1,197 nt of DNA, from the sequence record OR846209.1; one strand, 5' to 3'. This DNA comes from a phage. Every line of letters begins with the position of its first letter. The first letter of the stretch is position 1. Below the pieces are notes generated by a model, which saw nothing but the letters and a program-made list of their open reading frames with translations, made no database searches and was not told the origin of the DNA. This document shows, one piece after another, positions 1 through 1,197 of the stretch. The position numbers and the translations under genes were made by a program.

Positions 1-58
1 CGTCAATCCAGTCGATAACCTCAAAAGTCGAAGGATGGTAGTACACATATTTAGTCAT
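1..58 (-). CDS. 5' end of a downstream minus-strand ORF (3'-truncated by window edge); function unknown, by position a candidate tail-fibre assembly/chaperone or other accessory gene
   Basis: ATG at 58..56 lies 4 nt after the tail-fibre stop. Hand translation of the minus strand gives MTKYVYYHPSTFEVIDWID... open to the window edge. Only 19 codons are visible, and I do not recognise the N-terminus as a classical Tfa (lambda Tfa / Mu U / P2 G) start. The region is AT-rich. Confidence 0.35.
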   Translation of the reverse strand, partial: MTKYVYYHPSTFEVIDWID

Positions 59-62
59 ATTT

Positions 63-68
63 TCACCA
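63..68 (-). promoter_or_regulatory. Putative ribosome-binding site (TGGTGA on minus strand) for the downstream ORF, overlapping the last codon and stop of the tail-fibre gene
   Basis: Minus-strand sequence ...TTCATGGTGAAAATATGACT...: GGTG core at 67..64, about 5 nt spacer, ATG at 58..56. Weak Shine-Dalgarno match; arrangement fits translational coupling. Confidence 0.3.
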
Positions 69-1197
69 TGAAATTTTTACAAAACCATCAGAACCGCGCC
101 CACCAGAATATCCAGATATCGCGGAGCGCGTATTTTGGCTCAATGACGCACCACCACCACCACCAGCTCCATAGCCATCGGCATTTCCTCCGTTTGCAAA
201 TGCAGCCGCACTGCCGCCTGTGCCAAAGGCCGAACCCACACCAACCCCTCCTGGAGATGATTCGGTAGATGTAAATTCTGCTATTTTGCCGCTGCTACCT
301 AATCCGCCTTTAGCAGTGATATTAATAAAAGATGAGTCGCCTCCATCAAGCCCTAGTTCACCTGCATCCCCTTTAATTAGCGTATGGCCTTGTCCATTAG
401 GACCAATAGATGTTCTATCTTCATATGAACGTACAAAACCGCCGCCTCCACCTGAACCTCCAGCCCCAACAGAAACCGTATAAGTTTTTTTAGATGTCAC
501 ACCTATAATGGCAATTTTTAATTCTCCATGATTACCTCCCCTACCAGCTGAATAGGCATTAGTCTTATCGGGATCAGGAGTACATCCACCACCACCTCCT
601 CCACCACCTCCTCCCAGCATTTCAACAAAAACCTGCGTTACCCCATCAGGCACAGTAAAAGTCCCATTAGCTGTAAAAAACTGGTATCGAGGCCCGTTTG
701 AAGCTGCCGTATTTGCCAGATTCAGTGCCGCATTCGCCTTATCCATCGCCGCTTTCACCGCGCTCGGCGTCGCCGCCTCCGTCGTACTGGTGCTGTCGGT
801 GGCGTTATTAAGCTTCACGATCCCTTTTTGCGTTAGCGTACCGTCCGGGGTGCCGGTGATCTGCCCCCAGGCGTGAGTATGGCTGGCCGGGGCCGCCGCA
901 CTCGCCTTATCCATCGCCGCCTTTACCGCACTGGGCGTTGCCGCTTCTGTGGTACTGGTGCTGTCCGTCGCGCTGTTAAGTTTCACGATCCCTTTTTGCG
1001 TCAGCGTACCGTCCGGGGCGCCGGTGATCTGCCCCCAAGCGTGTGTATGCCTAGCCGGAGCCGCCGCACTCGCCTTATCCATCGCCGCCTTGACCGCACT
1101 GGGCGTTGCCGCTTCGGTGGTGCTGGTGCTATCGGTGGCGTTATTAAGCTTCACAATCCCTTTTTGCGCCAGCGTGCCGTCCGGGACACCGGTAACC
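63..1197 (-). CDS. Phage/prophage tail fibre protein, 3' portion (5'-truncated by window edge): repeated shaft motifs plus glycine-rich C-terminal distal domain
   Basis: Minus-strand ORF in the six-frame track (63..1154, 363 aa) ending at TGA (63..65). The 'M' at 1154 is a GTG that corresponds to Val in the internal repeat motif GIVKLN. Hand translation of 1155..1196 in the same frame gives ...VTGVPDGTLAQKGI with no stop, so the gene continues upstream past position 1197. The repeat motif GIVKLN(N/S)ATDSTSTTEAATPSAVKAAMDKA...HTHAWGQITG matches my memory of enterobacterial phage tail-fibre repeats (the Pfam Phage_fiber_2 type); not verified by search. Confidence 0.88.
   Translation of the reverse strand, partial: VTGVPDGTLAQKGIVKLNNATDSTSTTEAATPSAVKAAMDKASAAAPARHTHAWGQITGAPDGTLTQKGIVKLNSATDSTSTTEAATPSAVKAAMDKASAAAPASHTHAWGQITGTPDGTLTQKGIVKLNNATDSTSTTEAATPSAVKAAMDKANAALNLANTAASNGPRYQFFTANGTFTVPDGVTQVFVEMLGGGGGGGGGGCTPDPDKTNAYSAGRGGNHGELKIAIIGVTSKKTYTVSVGAGGSGGGGGFVRSYEDRTSIGPNGQGHTLIKGDAGELGLDGGDSSFINITAKGGLGSSGKIAEFTSTESSPGGVGVGSAFGTGGSAAAFANGGNADGYGAGGGGGASLSQNTRSAISGYSGGRGSDGFVKISW
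66..725 (-). other. Glycine-rich C-terminal distal domain of the tail fibre (putative receptor-binding tip)
   Basis: After the last repeat the protein becomes unique: ...RYQFFTANGTFTVPDGVTQVFVEML-GGGGGGGGGG-CTPDPDKT...VGAGGSGGGGGF...GLDGGDSS...KGGLGSSGK...PGGVGVGSAFGTGGSAA...GYGAGGGGGASL...GYSGGRGSDGFVKISW. Multiple poly-Gly blocks are separated by short non-Gly segments. Position at the C-terminus of a tail fibre is where receptor-binding domains normally sit. Function is inferred, not demonstrated. Confidence 0.6.
584..613 (-). repeat. (GGN)10 codon tract encoding a 10-residue poly-glycine run
   Basis: Plus strand reads tccaccaccacctcctccaccacctcctcc, i.e. ten consecutive Gly codons (GGA/GGT) on the coding strand, directly between the ...TQVFVEML segment and CTPDPDKT... 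Confidence 0.85.
726..1197 (-). repeat. In-frame tandem repeat array, unit 168 bp / 56 codons, about 2.8 copies in window (array open at right edge)
   Basis: The string cgccttatcc recurs at 735, 903 and 1071 (spacing exactly 168 bp). Hand alignment of unit 735..902 against 903..1070 shows about 20 mismatches in 168 (about 88% identity). Encoded peptide units are nearly identical (differences N/S, A/T, R/S). Similarity decays below about 726. Confidence 0.92.

Noticed and set aside
1-62. Looked for a rho-independent terminator after the tail-fibre stop
   Set aside because: No GC-rich hairpin followed by a T-run on the minus strand; the region instead contains a start codon, consistent with operon continuation.
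35-268. Plus-strand ORF (77 aa) rich in His (HHHHH, HSHRH) that could be mistaken for a His-rich metal-binding peptide
   Set aside because: It lies entirely antisense to the tail-fibre coding frame. The His codons (cac) are the reverse complement of the Gly codons (gtg/ggt tract at 149..163). There is no independent start context, and the sense-strand ORF has strong repeat and domain logic.
220-483. Plus-strand ORF (87 aa) that is Pro-rich (KPPPPPEPPAPTETV)
   Set aside because: Antisense shadow of the Gly-rich coding region (cc-rich complement of gg-rich codons); typical low-complexity artefact.
631-656. Sequence ttcaacaaaaacc resembling one half-site of Hin/Gin/Cin/Pin-family invertase crossover sites (consensus about TTATCAAAAACC), located near the shaft/tip junction where such sites occur in Mu/P1/e14 tail-fibre genes
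   Set aside because: Only one half-site matches moderately; the other half of the expected 26-bp site does not match, and no inverted partner is present in the window. It cannot be supported without flanking sequence showing an invertase gene or a second site.
63-725. Possibility that the variable tip is a diversity-generating retroelement (DGR) target
   Set aside because: No template repeat, reverse transcriptase or adenine-biased variable region can be identified within 1.2 kb; pure speculation from this window.
726-1197. Regularly spaced direct repeats that might suggest a CRISPR array or satellite
   Set aside because: The repeat unit is 168 bp, contiguous with no unique spacers, lies in a single open reading frame and preserves the protein sequence; it is a coding tandem repeat, not a CRISPR array.

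Overview
Nearly the whole window (63..1197, minus strand) is the 3' part of a phage/prophage tail-fibre gene whose 5' end lies beyond the right edge. It has two modules: an in-frame 168-bp (56-codon) tandem repeat array (~726..1197, about 63% GC) encoding a repeated shaft motif with one H-T-H per unit, and a glycine-rich C-terminal domain (66..725, about 44-54% GC) with several poly-Gly blocks including a 10-Gly run. The stop codon (63..65) is followed 4 nt later by an ATG (58..56) opening a minus-strand ORF that runs off the left edge, suggesting a translationally coupled downstream gene. The most interesting hypothesis is that the Gly-rich tip is an exchangeable receptor-binding (host-range) module resembling gp38-type adhesins, joined to the shaft at a compositional junction near 726..735. 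No RNA genes, CRISPR arrays, transposon ends or convincing promoters/terminators were seen. The two plus-strand ORFs in the track are antisense artefacts of the Gly-rich coding strand. GC figures are hand counts; no database search was run.
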